Of a stretch of 64,000 nucleotides of DNA, positions 1-9,174 are shown piece after piece. The notes below the pieces were generated by a model. It was not told the origin of the DNA, did no database searches, and saw only the letters and a list, made by a program, of their open reading frames with translations. A program made the position numbers and the translations under genes. This DNA comes from Alphaproteobacteria bacterium (GTDB taxonomy: Bacteria; Pseudomonadota; Alphaproteobacteria; MPNO01; UBA830): contig OZ251539.1 in NCBI GenBank assembly GCA_965243135.1, positions 3,264,001-3,328,000 on the forward strand. The letters are read 5' to 3'. The stretch's first letter is position 1; the number at the start of each line of letters is the position of its first letter.

Positions 1-167
1 ACCTCAGCTATCCGGCGGCGAACAACCTCGTCGCGCGCCTGGTTTCGATCGGCATTCTGGAGCGGTTCGGCGACCGCAGACGCAACCGGGCGTTCCTTTA
101 TCGCGATTACATCCGCGTCTTCGCGGACGACCCGGAACCCGCGCCTAGCGATGCGCAAACGGCATGA
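1..167 (+). CDS. 3' end of a probable Fic-family protein (C-terminal HTH), truncated by the window edge
   Basis: Frame +3 reads LSYPAANNLVARLVSIGILERFGDRRRNRAFLYRDYIRVF...*, resembling the C-terminus of Fic/DOC-HTH proteins. Not in the ORF track. Confidence 0.6.
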   Translation, partial: LSYPAANNLVARLVSIGILERFGDRRRNRAFLYRDYIRVFADDPEPAPSDAQTA

Positions 168-260
168 GGCACGTCCTCAAGCCCTACCTATCGCGACAGC
201 GGCTCGCCTTGGCGTCGAAATTATCCCTCTATGGTATTATTGAACTGGGAGACGATAGAG

Positions 261-1313
261 ATGATCCGCTTCAAGACCGGCGACATTCTCGCCGAAGATG
301 TGGAAGCCTTGGTCAATGCGGTCAATTGCGTCGGCGTCATGGGGCGTGGCGTCGCGCTTCAGTTCAAGAAAGCGTTTCCTGAAAATTTCAAGTCCTATTC
401 CGCCGCCTGCAAGCGCAAGGAAGTAAAACCGGGCAGGATGTTCGTGTTCGAAACGGGTGCGCTTGCACCCCGCTACATCGTCAACTTCCCCACCAAAAGG
501 CACTGGCGCACCAACAGTCGGATGGAGGATGTGGAAGCGGGACTGGATGCGCTGGTCGCCGAGATCGAAGCGCGCAACATTCGCTCCATCGCCATACCGC
601 CCCTTGCCTGCGGCTCGGGCGGTCTCGCCTGGGACGATGTGCGCCCGCGCATCCAAGCGGCGCTGTCTGGCTTGGTCGATCTTCGGGTCACTGTCTTCGA
701 ACCCGATGCCGCGCCCGTAGCAAAGGATAGGGCGCGCATGCGAAAGCCGCCGGAGATGACTCCGGGCCGTGCGGCGCTTGTGGGCCTGCTGCGCCGCTAC
801 CTCGACGCCATGCTCGACCCTTTCGTAACTCTGCTGGAGGCGCACAAGCTGATGTATTTCCTGCAAGAGGCGGGCGAACCGCTGCGGCTCCGCTATGCCA
901 AAGCGCCCCATGGGCCCTATGCCGACAACCTGCGGCGCGTTCTGAACGAGATCGAAGGACACATCGTTTCGAGCGACGCTGACGGCGGCGGCGATCCTGA
1001 AATGCCGTTGGAACTTGTTCCCGGCGCTATCGAAGACGCGGAGGCAGTGCTCAAACGCGAGAGCGAAACACAGACACGGTTCGAGCGGGTTACCGAACTG
1101 ATTTATGGCTTCGAGTCGTCTTTCGGCTTGGAACTCCTCGCAACCGTTCATTGGGTGATGACACGCGAGATCGCCCGGCCGACAAGCGAGGTGGTCGCCC
1201 GCACCCATAACTGGCATAGAAGCAAAATGCGCTTCACCCCTCGCCAGATCGCCCTCGCATCGACGCGACTACGGGAGAAGGGCTGGGTCGCTGCTGCGCC
1301 GCCCGTAACCTGA
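261..1313 (+). CDS. darG: DarG-like macrodomain ADP-ribosyl hydrolase with C-terminal extension
   Basis: Motifs GDIL, NAVNCVGVMGRGVALQFK, NFPTKRHWR, SIAIPPLACGSGGL; C-terminal HKLMYFLQ..YAKAPHGPYA and GLELLATVHW. Start taken at ATG 261. Confidence 0.85.
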   Translation: MIRFKTGDILAEDVEALVNAVNCVGVMGRGVALQFKKAFPENFKSYSAACKRKEVKPGRMFVFETGALAPRYIVNFPTKRHWRTNSRMEDVEAGLDALVAEIEARNIRSIAIPPLACGSGGLAWDDVRPRIQAALSGLVDLRVTVFEPDAAPVAKDRARMRKPPEMTPGRAALVGLLRRYLDAMLDPFVTLLEAHKLMYFLQEAGEPLRLRYAKAPHGPYADNLRRVLNEIEGHIVSSDADGGGDPEMPLELVPGAIEDAEAVLKRESETQTRFERVTELIYGFESSFGLELLATVHWVMTREIARPTSEVVARTHNWHRSKMRFTPRQIALASTRLREKGWVAAAPPVT

Positions 1314-2080
1314 TGACGGCTGATTCGAGCGAAACAGGCTTCGAAATCCTCATCGTCAAATCCTTGATCGACAAGGGCGGCCATGTCGTCAGCGATCCGA
1401 AGGATTGCGGCCGCGCCATCGACGTAGCCAAGCTCTTTGGCTACTCGGACGCGAAGCAGTCCGGGGCCGTCGAGACGTCCGGCATCGGAGCCGACAACTT
1501 GCAACGTATCCGACTCCTCCAACGCCTGCGCGATAAGGTCGACAAACGTGGCGTTGTCGACGTGCTCCGCAAGGGATGTAAGCGCGAACCTGCCTTCGAT
1601 GGAGTTGTTCCAGGGCGCGCCGACCTCCGGCAACGCGAAGGCGGAACCCCTGTTTGCCGCGAACGTCTTCAGCGTCACGCGGCAGCTCCGCCATTCGAGA
1701 GACGAAACCCGGCTCGCGCTTGACCTGGCACCGTTCGTCAACGGTCTGTCCATAGCCGCCTTCGAACTCAAGAACGGCCTGACCAAGCAAAAAATCGAAA
1801 ATGCCGTCGAACAATACCGGCGCGACTGCGACCCGAAGGAACCGTTGTTTCGCTTCGGTCATTGCGTCGTCCATTTCGCGGTGGACAATCAAGAGAGAAG
1901 GATGTGCACCCATCTGCGAGGCAAAGACTCGTGGTTTCTGCCGTTCAATATTGATTGAGATAGCGGCGCAGGAAACACGCCGAACCCGCATTGCCTTGAG
2001 CCGACTACTTGTAGAAGAAGGTTCTGCCAAAAAAAGCCTGACTGACATCCTTGAGAACTACGCCCAGATCGTCTCGGAGG
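1313..2080 (+). pseudogene. hsdR: Type I restriction enzyme R subunit, N-terminal fragment, frameshifted and truncated
   Basis: HsdR_N-like blocks are spread over three frames: GVVDVLRKG; FSVTRQL..FVNGL..FELKN..AVEQY..HFAVD..WFLPFN; SLTDILENYAQIV. No helicase domain. Confidence 0.8.
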
Positions 2081-2097
2081 CGGGTGCGCCTTTCCAA

Positions 2098-2541
2098 CTA
2101 GTTCGAAAGTGCAGCCGCCTGACCGGGTGTTTCTTCCAAATTTTCACAGATCAGAACAACGGGATCTCCAACATTCACATAACCCCTTTCGTCATCCTCT
2201 AAATTCATATCCGATCTCATCAATATTTCATACTCCGCGATCCATTTTTTCGGCATAAGCGCATCATAAAGCGTTCCCGATCTTCCAATATTCACTCGCC
2301 TTTTCTTCAACGTAGATGCTACGCAAAGATTTTCCTGAACATGAGTCACTTTGAGTCTTGTCTTAGAACGTTCTATGGAACCCAGAACCTGATTTGTCTC
2401 AGGGTCCGTAATATCCCTGTGCTTGTCATCCACGACATCAAAAATCATTCCCAAACGAACGCCCTGCTTGGAACCAATATTGATTGCCGCCTCGCGAACG
2501 TTAAGGATTTTGGCGATTCTTCCACGAATTGGATCAGTCAT
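2098..2541 (-). CDS. Hypothetical protein, FlgT C-terminal-like beta domain
   Basis: IAKIL..AAINIGSKQGVRLGMIFDV motif; AT-richer than the backbone. Confidence 0.55.
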   Translation of the reverse strand: MTDPIRGRIAKILNVREAAINIGSKQGVRLGMIFDVVDDKHRDITDPETNQVLGSIERSKTRLKVTHVQENLCVASTLKKRRVNIGRSGTLYDALMPKKWIAEYEILMRSDMNLEDDERGYVNVGDPVVLICENLEETPGQAAALSN

Positions 2542-3003
2542 TTCTATCTCCTCGCAGCTGCATCTGGCGAATTTCCTCGCGATACTTCATCACTTCTTCG
2601 GGCACGATGTCGGCCCAATCTTCCAACGCATCGTCCGGTGTCCGTATTTCCCTGATAATTATTTCTCGAAGCGCCAACATTTTTGCGTCTTCTTTCTCAG
2701 GTTCGGAACTTGCTACCATATGTGCTATTCCGCTCAAACCCTCGTAAAGAGAAACAAGACGTCGAAACGCGGATCTTGCATGCGGTCTGATTGGCTCTCT
2801 TACCACATCTCTCGCCACCTATCTTCCTAAAAGATAAGAACCTGTTAAACCAACGCCAGAAATAAATATTTGGAACAAAATATTTTCCAATTCCGTCAAA
2901 TCTCTATTAGCCGATACCAAGAGAAAAATAACCGCGACTCCTACCGAAATCCCGATTAAAAATTTGCCCGAATTTCCCTATTTCTATAAAGAAAAAGAGC
3001 CAT
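2534..3003 (-). pseudogene. Two-TM hypothetical protein disrupted by an in-frame TAG at 2819-2821
   Basis: The frame continues upstream of ORF 2534..2818 through a TAG as GKFLIGISVGVAVIFLLVSANRDLTELENILFQIFISGVGLTGSYLLGR*, with two hydrophobic stretches. The 5' end is approximate. Confidence 0.5.
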
Positions 3004-3256
3004 ATAATAACTATGCCGTTCATTGGTCTTGTTGGCAAGGTCATTCGGTGCGCTTCGAAAGCTTATGATCAGCCTATCAACGCCATGGAGGGCAGTATCG
3101 GGGTGGACTGGCCAGCGAGTCAAGGTGCCCCGCCGCCGGCGCGAAAATCTTTCCTGTCCGGTCAAGCATCGACGAACGCCGACGGTGACGACTTCCGGAG
3201 GGTCGTTCGCCTGTCCTTGCACCGTCGGCCCCACGAACTGGCGCGGGCCGGCGGCG

Positions 3257-4837
3257 TCATTCGTCCGCCGTCGGCTCGCGGCGTCCCGCGAGCTTGTTAC
3301 CTGTCTCGAAGTACCGTCCCGTCACGGCGAACTCCGCTTCCTCCGCATTTTCCTGCGTCCAGGCGCTCAAAGGATAGCCGTGCCACGGCGTCCTCAGGTC
3401 GAGTTCGGGCAAGCCCAGCGCTGTCCATTTCTCCCGCGCCGCCCGCATGAAGTCCTCGCGCGGCAACGAGACGGGCAGGTAGGGATGCTCGCGCACCGCG
3501 TTGATCAGGATCGCCGACGCCCCCCGCGCGTCCGGGTACGCGGAATCCGAAGGAGCGACCGAAGGATCGAGACGCGCCACCTTGCCGCGAATGATCTCCA
3601 TATCGCGATGGGGCTGCGTACTGTAGCTCAGCGCCCACAGCACCGCTTCGAGGGAATCGGGATCGACGTCCGAATCGACAGCGATGAAGATCTTGCCAAG
3701 CGACGCGTCGAATGCAGCAGCCGCGCGAAGCGCTTGCCAGGGCTGCCCGGGTTCCGGCCGGTCGAGCTGGATCACGAACAGCATGTTGCAGCTCGCCATT
3801 TCGTGACATGCGACCCTGACGACGGACGGGTTGTTGCAGGCGTCTCTCAGATGCCTCAGATAGATCGCATCGAACGCAGCCTTGCGCATCACCGTGCTTT
3901 CGCTGGGCGGAAATTCGCTGATGATGCCCTGGTAGACGGGATCGGCGCGGTGAGTGACGGCCGTCACCTCGAAGATCTTCTCCATCTTGCGCGGTCCCAG
4001 ATAACCGCTCGCCTCGCCGAACGGCGCCTCGGGCTCCAGCGTATCGGTGCGAATGACGCCTTCCATCACGATTTCGGCTTCGGCCGGCACCATGCAATCG
4101 AACGTCTCCGCCGGGACGACCGCGATCGGCTCGCCGTTGAGCGCGCCGGCGACGCCGTATTCTTCGACGCCGTAGGGGACCTTGCTCGCGGCCGCCAGAA
4201 GCAGCGCCGGCGGGCCGCCCAGGAATACCGCCGCTTCAAGATGCCGGCCCGCCCGGCGCGCCTTCTCCCACTGAATGGCAAGATGCTGCGTGGACACGTC
4301 GGTGGCGCAGCCCATGCGGTCGGGCGCCTTGATCATGCCGCGATAGATGCCGAGATTGTACGTACCGTCCTCCGGATCCCGCGTAATCCAGACGCCCGCA
4401 GTGAGAAACGGCGCCGGATCGAAGCCCGGCGTCGAAACCAGATGAGGAAACCGGTCGATCCCGTCGCCGAAGGCCGCGCCGGCGTGGACGAAGTCCTTCA
4501 CCGGAGCGCTGGACGCTCGCTCGGGCGGCAAGTGGCCGCTCTGCACGCTCGCCCATCGGTCGCCGATCCCGTCGGGCTTCACGCCGAGCGCAGCGGCGTA
4601 TATCGCGCGCGAAGCGCCAAGCGACCCGATTGCTACGGATGCATCGAATTCCCGTCCGCGCGAGTCGGTGACGTTCGTGAACCAGAACGCCTTGCGCCGT
4701 TCCTCGGGCAGGCCGCGAAACTGCAGCCGGACGAGCGGAACGAGTTCGGTGTCCTTGCTGACGCGTTCCCGAACCACATGCAGAAGATCGCGCGCCTGCA
4801 GCTCTTCCAGATACGCCCGCAGATTACGGTACGGCAT
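3257..4837 (-). CDS. UbiD-family (prFMN-dependent) decarboxylase
   Basis: NLRAYLEEL, TRDPEDGTYNLGIYR, VPAEAEIVMEG, EAPFGE, IFIAVDSDVD..VLWAL. Confidence 0.9.
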   Translation of the reverse strand: MPYRNLRAYLEELQARDLLHVVRERVSKDTELVPLVRLQFRGLPEERRKAFWFTNVTDSRGREFDASVAIGSLGASRAIYAAALGVKPDGIGDRWASVQSGHLPPERASSAPVKDFVHAGAAFGDGIDRFPHLVSTPGFDPAPFLTAGVWITRDPEDGTYNLGIYRGMIKAPDRMGCATDVSTQHLAIQWEKARRAGRHLEAAVFLGGPPALLLAAASKVPYGVEEYGVAGALNGEPIAVVPAETFDCMVPAEAEIVMEGVIRTDTLEPEAPFGEASGYLGPRKMEKIFEVTAVTHRADPVYQGIISEFPPSESTVMRKAAFDAIYLRHLRDACNNPSVVRVACHEMASCNMLFVIQLDRPEPGQPWQALRAAAAFDASLGKIFIAVDSDVDPDSLEAVLWALSYSTQPHRDMEIIRGKVARLDPSVAPSDSAYPDARGASAILINAVREHPYLPVSLPREDFMRAAREKWTALGLPELDLRTPWHGYPLSAWTQENAEEAEFAVTGRYFETGNKLAGRREPTADE

Positions 4838-4974
4838 TCGCCCGGTGCTCCATTGTTAAGCTCGGGGGCATCGCGGCCCCGCTTCACGCCCGAAGCCGCG
4901 GCCGGTGCGCGTCGCCCTCGAACGCCCTGCGCCGCCGTTCGTCGTCGAGACCGGGCGTGGCGTCGACGCGGCGC

Positions 4975-5333
4975 TTGAGTTCGGGATCCATTTTCCTCGG
5001 CTCGACGCATTGCGGCAGTTGGCAGACGGGGACGAAACGAAAGGTCGCAGACCCTGCGAATCGTGTCGTTGCCGATCTGCGCCCAATGACAGGCCGTTTG
5101 CTCCGCGCCGAGATGATGGCCCATGCCGACCGCTCGAGGAGAGAACAACGTCAGGCCGCGTTCGCGCATGAACTTGAGTTGCTCGAGCTTTTCGCGCATC
5201 TCGCCGTCCGACGCCCGGAAGGCGGCGGCGGACGGCCCGAACCCGGGGTTGAACTCCGCATCGGCGAGCCGCTCCCTGCGGCATCAACGCAGCGGGTTCC
5301 GCGGTGCAGTGCCCGTGGCAATCGACGATCATG
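4975..5333 (-). pseudogene. LigJ-like amidohydrolase (4-oxalomesaconate hydratase type), N-terminal remnant
   Basis: MIVDCHGHCTAEPAAL in one frame; QLKFMRERG..LFSPRAVGMGHHLG..WAQIGNDTIRRVCDL in another. Confidence 0.7.
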
Positions 5334-6011
5334 GGGAAACCGCTCCTTGTCTCTCGCGTACCCTGCACTATAGCTAATCGTCGGCATCGCGCCCCGGAAA
5401 GCCGCCCGCCGACGCCGGTTCGCCGACGGCTAAAGGCGCCGCAGCACGCCATCGATGCTGTCTCGTGCGTCGCCGAACGGCATCCGGGCATTCAGGCTGG
5501 GAAGCGCTTTATCGTGCGATAGCATACAGGAAACCGATTCTGGAACCTTACGATACTTCCTGACATAATAAATTTTCGAAGTGTGTAGCAGGTTCTTCAG
5601 AGGGAAACATAACCAACGAAAGCTCGGCCATAAAGCCGAACGTTAGACGTCTGTCATGACGGTCGTGCCTCCTGTCGAGAGAGTCCTTTGCATTTAGCAC
5701 GACCACTACGAGTTAGCGGGAATTTCTGACAATCACAGGTGTTCGACTATAACTAACTGTAACTTCAAGAGAATCTATATCTGGGAGGTATCTATACAAG
5801 GATCGAATCGCCATATATGTCATCTTTAGTATCTGAATACGCTGAATATGACCGTCATACGGCCCATCGAGCGCGACTTAAATCCTGGAATCTCACGAGG
5901 AGCGCGCTATCCTCTGTCACAGGGAAACGAGGCGACTGGCGCTCGGATTCCAAGCCGAAACGCCGGGAGCCATCCCGAAAACAACACGTTTCCCAGGGTC
6001 GGGGTTCCAAC

Positions 6012-6213
6012 CCATAAGCGTCAACTTGTTTGGATACTTCATGTTTCGGGGGCCTCCAATGGTCGAAATTCGCGATGACACGGCAGTTCAGACCCGGATT
6101 TTGGAGACACTGGCCTCACTCACCCGCCCTGATCCGCGTTCTGCCTCACGCTCCTCGGCTTCAGTGGACCAGCGCGAGCAATGCCAAGCCGGGAAACAAG
6201 TTGACGCTTATGG
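6012..6213. mobile_element. MITE or internally deleted IS with perfect 20-bp terminal inverted repeats (IS4 family, IS186/IS231-like ends)
   Basis: CCATAAGCGTCAACTTGTTT (6012-6031) is the exact reverse complement of AAACAAGTTGACGCTTATGG (6194-6213). No transposase and no clear target duplication. Confidence 0.75.
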
Positions 6214-6238
6214 TCGGGAGGGGGGGGGGTGACAGCGG

Positions 6239-6826
6239 TCATCCCTCCGCTGGAGGCTCGGGTTCGAGCACGAATCCCCCGATCGAGAACCGGCCGGCCC
6301 CCCAGTCGTCGGGGTCGCAGCGCACCGGCTCGACCTCGTGCTCGGTCTCGGGCGGGAACGCGACGAAGGCGTTGTGCGCCGGCCGGATCCGGACGGGGCC
6401 GGCGCCGGGCGGATGGAGCACCAGGTCGCCTCCCGCGAAGGCGCACGGACGGCGATGCAGGTAGTAGATGTACGCGATGCGGCGGTTGTCGCACCAACTC
6501 GGCGTGGTCTCTCCGACGTCGGAATGCCGGACATGGAAGTCCCCGTCGTGATGGCACGCCCAAGCGCTATAGAGGCCGGGCGCGGCGGACACGGCCACCC
6601 CCAGCTCCCGCGCCGTCCGCGGAAGCGCCGCGTGGACGCGAGGGAACCACCACTCCCTCTCCCGCGCGCTCAGCTCGGCGTCGAAGGCCGACCGGGTCAG
6701 GCGGTCGATGGTCCCGTCGCCGCTCACCCCTATCGTCCAATCGCCGGAGTACGCATTATCGAACAACGCCACGGCATCGGCGGCGGGCAGAAAGTCGGGA
6801 ATCAGCACATGCGATCTAGGCTTCAT
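6239..6826 (-). CDS. 2OG-Fe(II) oxygenase, prolyl-hydroxylase-like, copy A
   Basis: HxD (HSD), YIYYL..FAGGDLVL, distal His in HEVEPV, RFS 2OG-binding motif; GGAGG RBS. Confidence 0.9.
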   Translation of the reverse strand: MKPRSHVLIPDFLPAADAVALFDNAYSGDWTIGVSGDGTIDRLTRSAFDAELSAREREWWFPRVHAALPRTARELGVAVSAAPGLYSAWACHHDGDFHVRHSDVGETTPSWCDNRRIAYIYYLHRRPCAFAGGDLVLHPPGAGPVRIRPAHNAFVAFPPETEHEVEPVRCDPDDWGAGRFSIGGFVLEPEPPAEG

Positions 6827-6913
6827 CCAGCCTCCGTGCCGTCACTTTCCGGTCGACTGTCCCCCGGACCGTATCGGCGCCGTCGTCCAACCGGGAACGG
6901 CGGGCGATTTCGC

Positions 6914-7501
6914 TCATCCTTCCGCGGAAGGCTCGGGTTCGAGCACGAATCCCACGATCGAGAACCGGCCGGCCCCCCAGTCGTCGGGGTCGCAACGCAC
7001 CGGCTCGACCTCGTGTTCGGTTTCGGGCGGGAACGCGACGAAGGCGTTGTGCGCCGGCCGGATCCGGACGGGGTCGGCGCCGGGAGGATGGAGCACCAGG
7101 TCGCCTCCCGTGAAGGCGCGCGGCCGGCGATGCAGGTAGTAGACATACGCGATGCGGCGGTTGTCCCAGAAAGCCATCGCGGTCTCTCCGGCGTCGCGAT
7201 GCCGGACGTGGAGATCTCCGCTGTGATGGCACGCCCAGGCGGTAAAGAAGTCGGGCGCGGCGGATACGTCCACCCCCAGCTCCCGCGCTGTCCGCGGAAG
7301 CGCCGCGAGGACGCGAGGGAGCCACCATTCCCTCTCGCGCGCGCTCAGTTCGGCGTTGAAGACCGACCGGGACAGGCGGTCGATGATGCCGTTGCCGCTC
7401 GTCCCTATCGTCCAATCGCCGGAGTACGCATTGTCGAACAACGTTGCGGCATCGGCGGCGGGCAGGAAGTCGGGAATCAGCACATGCGATCTAGGCTTCA
7501 T
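6914..7501 (-). CDS. 2OG-Fe(II) oxygenase, prolyl-hydroxylase-like, copy B
   Basis: HRD, HEVEPV and RFS motifs; 30 substitutions out of 195 aa versus copy A by manual count, with no gaps. Confidence 0.9.
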   Translation of the reverse strand: MKPRSHVLIPDFLPAADAATLFDNAYSGDWTIGTSGNGIIDRLSRSVFNAELSAREREWWLPRVLAALPRTARELGVDVSAAPDFFTAWACHHSGDLHVRHRDAGETAMAFWDNRRIAYVYYLHRRPRAFTGGDLVLHPPGADPVRIRPAHNAFVAFPPETEHEVEPVRCDPDDWGAGRFSIVGFVLEPEPSAEG

Positions 7502-7864
7502 CCAACCTCCGCGCCGTCGTGGTCGAGTTCGGGCCCAACATTCCCAACGGCGCCGCCACCCGCCGCGCTGTCACCGGCGCCCCGGCGGCGGCGAGAACCT
7601 TTCGCCAATCGATGCGGTAGCCGACCCCCTCGAGCCGTTTCAGGGAGTGCCGGCCCGCCTGCATGAGATCCGCCACGCTCTCGGGACGGATCTGGGCGGG
7701 CGCGCCGTCGACGGCGACCACGCACGCGCCGGGCTCCCTGCCCGGCGCGTCGCCGCTGCCCGCGAGCCGCCACCGCACCGGCGAGTCCTCGACCTGCATC
7801 CGGATCAGCACCGTCCGGGGCGGGCCTGCCGGGGCGCCCCGCGGCACCCCGGAAGACCGGGCAT
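7491..7864 (-). other. Uncertain small ORF(s) between the precursor and the oxygenases
   Basis: AAGGAGG precedes ATG 7864, giving a 19-aa ORF (MPGLPGCRGAPRQARPGRC). A second frame is open from ATG 7799 to 7491 (102 aa) and overlaps the oxygenase B start. May be one frameshifted gene. Confidence 0.3.
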
Positions 7865-7938
7865 CGGGAACCTCCTTCCGCGACGTGCGGCGAGCCACGT
7901 CGACCAAGCAGGGAGCAGCCCCGCCCTCGCCGGCTCCG

Positions 7939-8319
7939 TCACTGGCCGTAGCGGTACCCCGTAAACCCCGGAAGATTGGGCGGCGAGAAGCACCCACGGT
8001 AGGCGCGAGGGGCCGGCTGCGCCGAAGCGGTCTTGCCGCCGGCGACCATGTCGAGCACCTCGTCCCCCATGCCGGTGTTGAAGTCGGGGGGAAGGACGAA
8101 ATGGAAGACCTCGTCCGTGTCCTCCACGACGCGCACATCCGTATCAGGCGCCACGTCGATGTTGTTCTCGACGAGGGCCGCGACCGGGTCCGAGTCGAAG
8201 TTCGCGCGAAAGTCCAGATCCTCGCGGTACGCATCCGAGATGGACACGAGCTGGCGCGCGCACTGTCTGAATCCTTCGGCTTCCATCGGTACGTGGAGCA
8301 TCGTCGTCAAGTTGATCAT
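7939..8319 (-). CDS. NHLP-leader (proteusin-type) RiPP precursor peptide, 126 aa
   Basis: Leader DLDFRANFDSDPVAAL..VRVVEDTDEVFHFVLPP..DEVLDMVAGG with a double-glycine site; predicted core KTASAQPAPRAYRGCFSPPNLPGFTGYRYGQ; purine-rich RBS before ATG 8319. Confidence 0.85.
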   Translation of the reverse strand: MINLTTMLHVPMEAEGFRQCARQLVSISDAYREDLDFRANFDSDPVAALVENNIDVAPDTDVRVVEDTDEVFHFVLPPDFNTGMGDEVLDMVAGGKTASAQPAPRAYRGCFSPPNLPGFTGYRYGQ

Positions 8320-8794
8320 GTCTTCGTTCCTTCTTCCCAAGACCCATGTGACCACGCCCAACGGCTCCTCACGAGGATACTGCCATTAAGCGCCGGAAGC
8401 GCCATTACAGCGCCCGGTGCGCCCCGTCGTCAACCCCGAGTTGACCCTAATCTCGAGCTTGGGCCATGCCTGTCCGGGCGTCGCTGTGCGTGTCATGAGG
8501 GGTCCGTTCGCGCTCTTCCCCCCGGCGCGCGCCCCACCCCGACCTCCCCCCTGCCATTGCCTGACAGGAGGGAGGTCGGGAGGGGGGTCACGCGGCCCCG
8601 CAACGCCGCGCGCTCCTCGGTCCCCGCCGGTAGGAGAAATGTGGGCTGGTGTCGTAACATGAATCATGCCGACCGGGTTCGACGCGGCGAAGCGTTCGGC
8701 CACCCTCGATTCCGGAGGATTGGACATGGCCCGGGCCGGGGAGGCGTTCCCGGGCGCTCTTGAAAGACGCCCGACGCGGGATACCCGTCCCTGA

Positions 8795-8947
8795 ACGCCC
8801 ATACCGGAACCGACGCATACGGGCGTACTGATCGCCGGCCCCAAGGCCGCGGGAAAGTCCCGGCTCGCGCTCGCGGAGGCCCTGGAGTCTTTCGGCGGGG
8901 CGACGATCATAAATTCGGACAGTATGCAGGTCTATCGCGACTCTCGG
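8795..8947 (+). pseudogene. miaA: tRNA dimethylallyltransferase 5' fragment
   Basis: VLIAGPKAAGKSRLAL..GGATIINSDSMQVYRD matches the MiaA N-terminus. No ATG start, and similarity ends abruptly. Confidence 0.75.
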
Positions 8948-9174
8948 AGCGGCACCGTGGTGATTTCCGCGCGCGGAATGGCGACTCCCGACCGCATGGC
9001 GCCCATGCCTCCCGCGCGTTGCGCCGCCAACCGGTCGATCCCGAGTTTCCATGTGGCGATCGCCTGGAGCAGCGTGGATTTCCCGGCGTTGTTCGGTCCT
9101 GCGAGAACGACCGTATCCGCCAGCTCCTCCTCGCGAAAGCGTTTGAAGTTCTTGATGGAAACGCGCCGGATCAT
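8932..9174 (-). pseudogene. ABC/SMC-like (AAA_15/21) ATPase, N-terminal fragment
   Basis: MIRRVSIKNFKRF..VLAGPNNAGKST; only 80 aa, no Walker B. Confidence 0.75.

Noticed and set aside
5607-5650. attC-like pair ACATAAC...GTTAGAC with a small hairpin
   Set aside because: Too short for an attC site, single copy, and no integron integrase.
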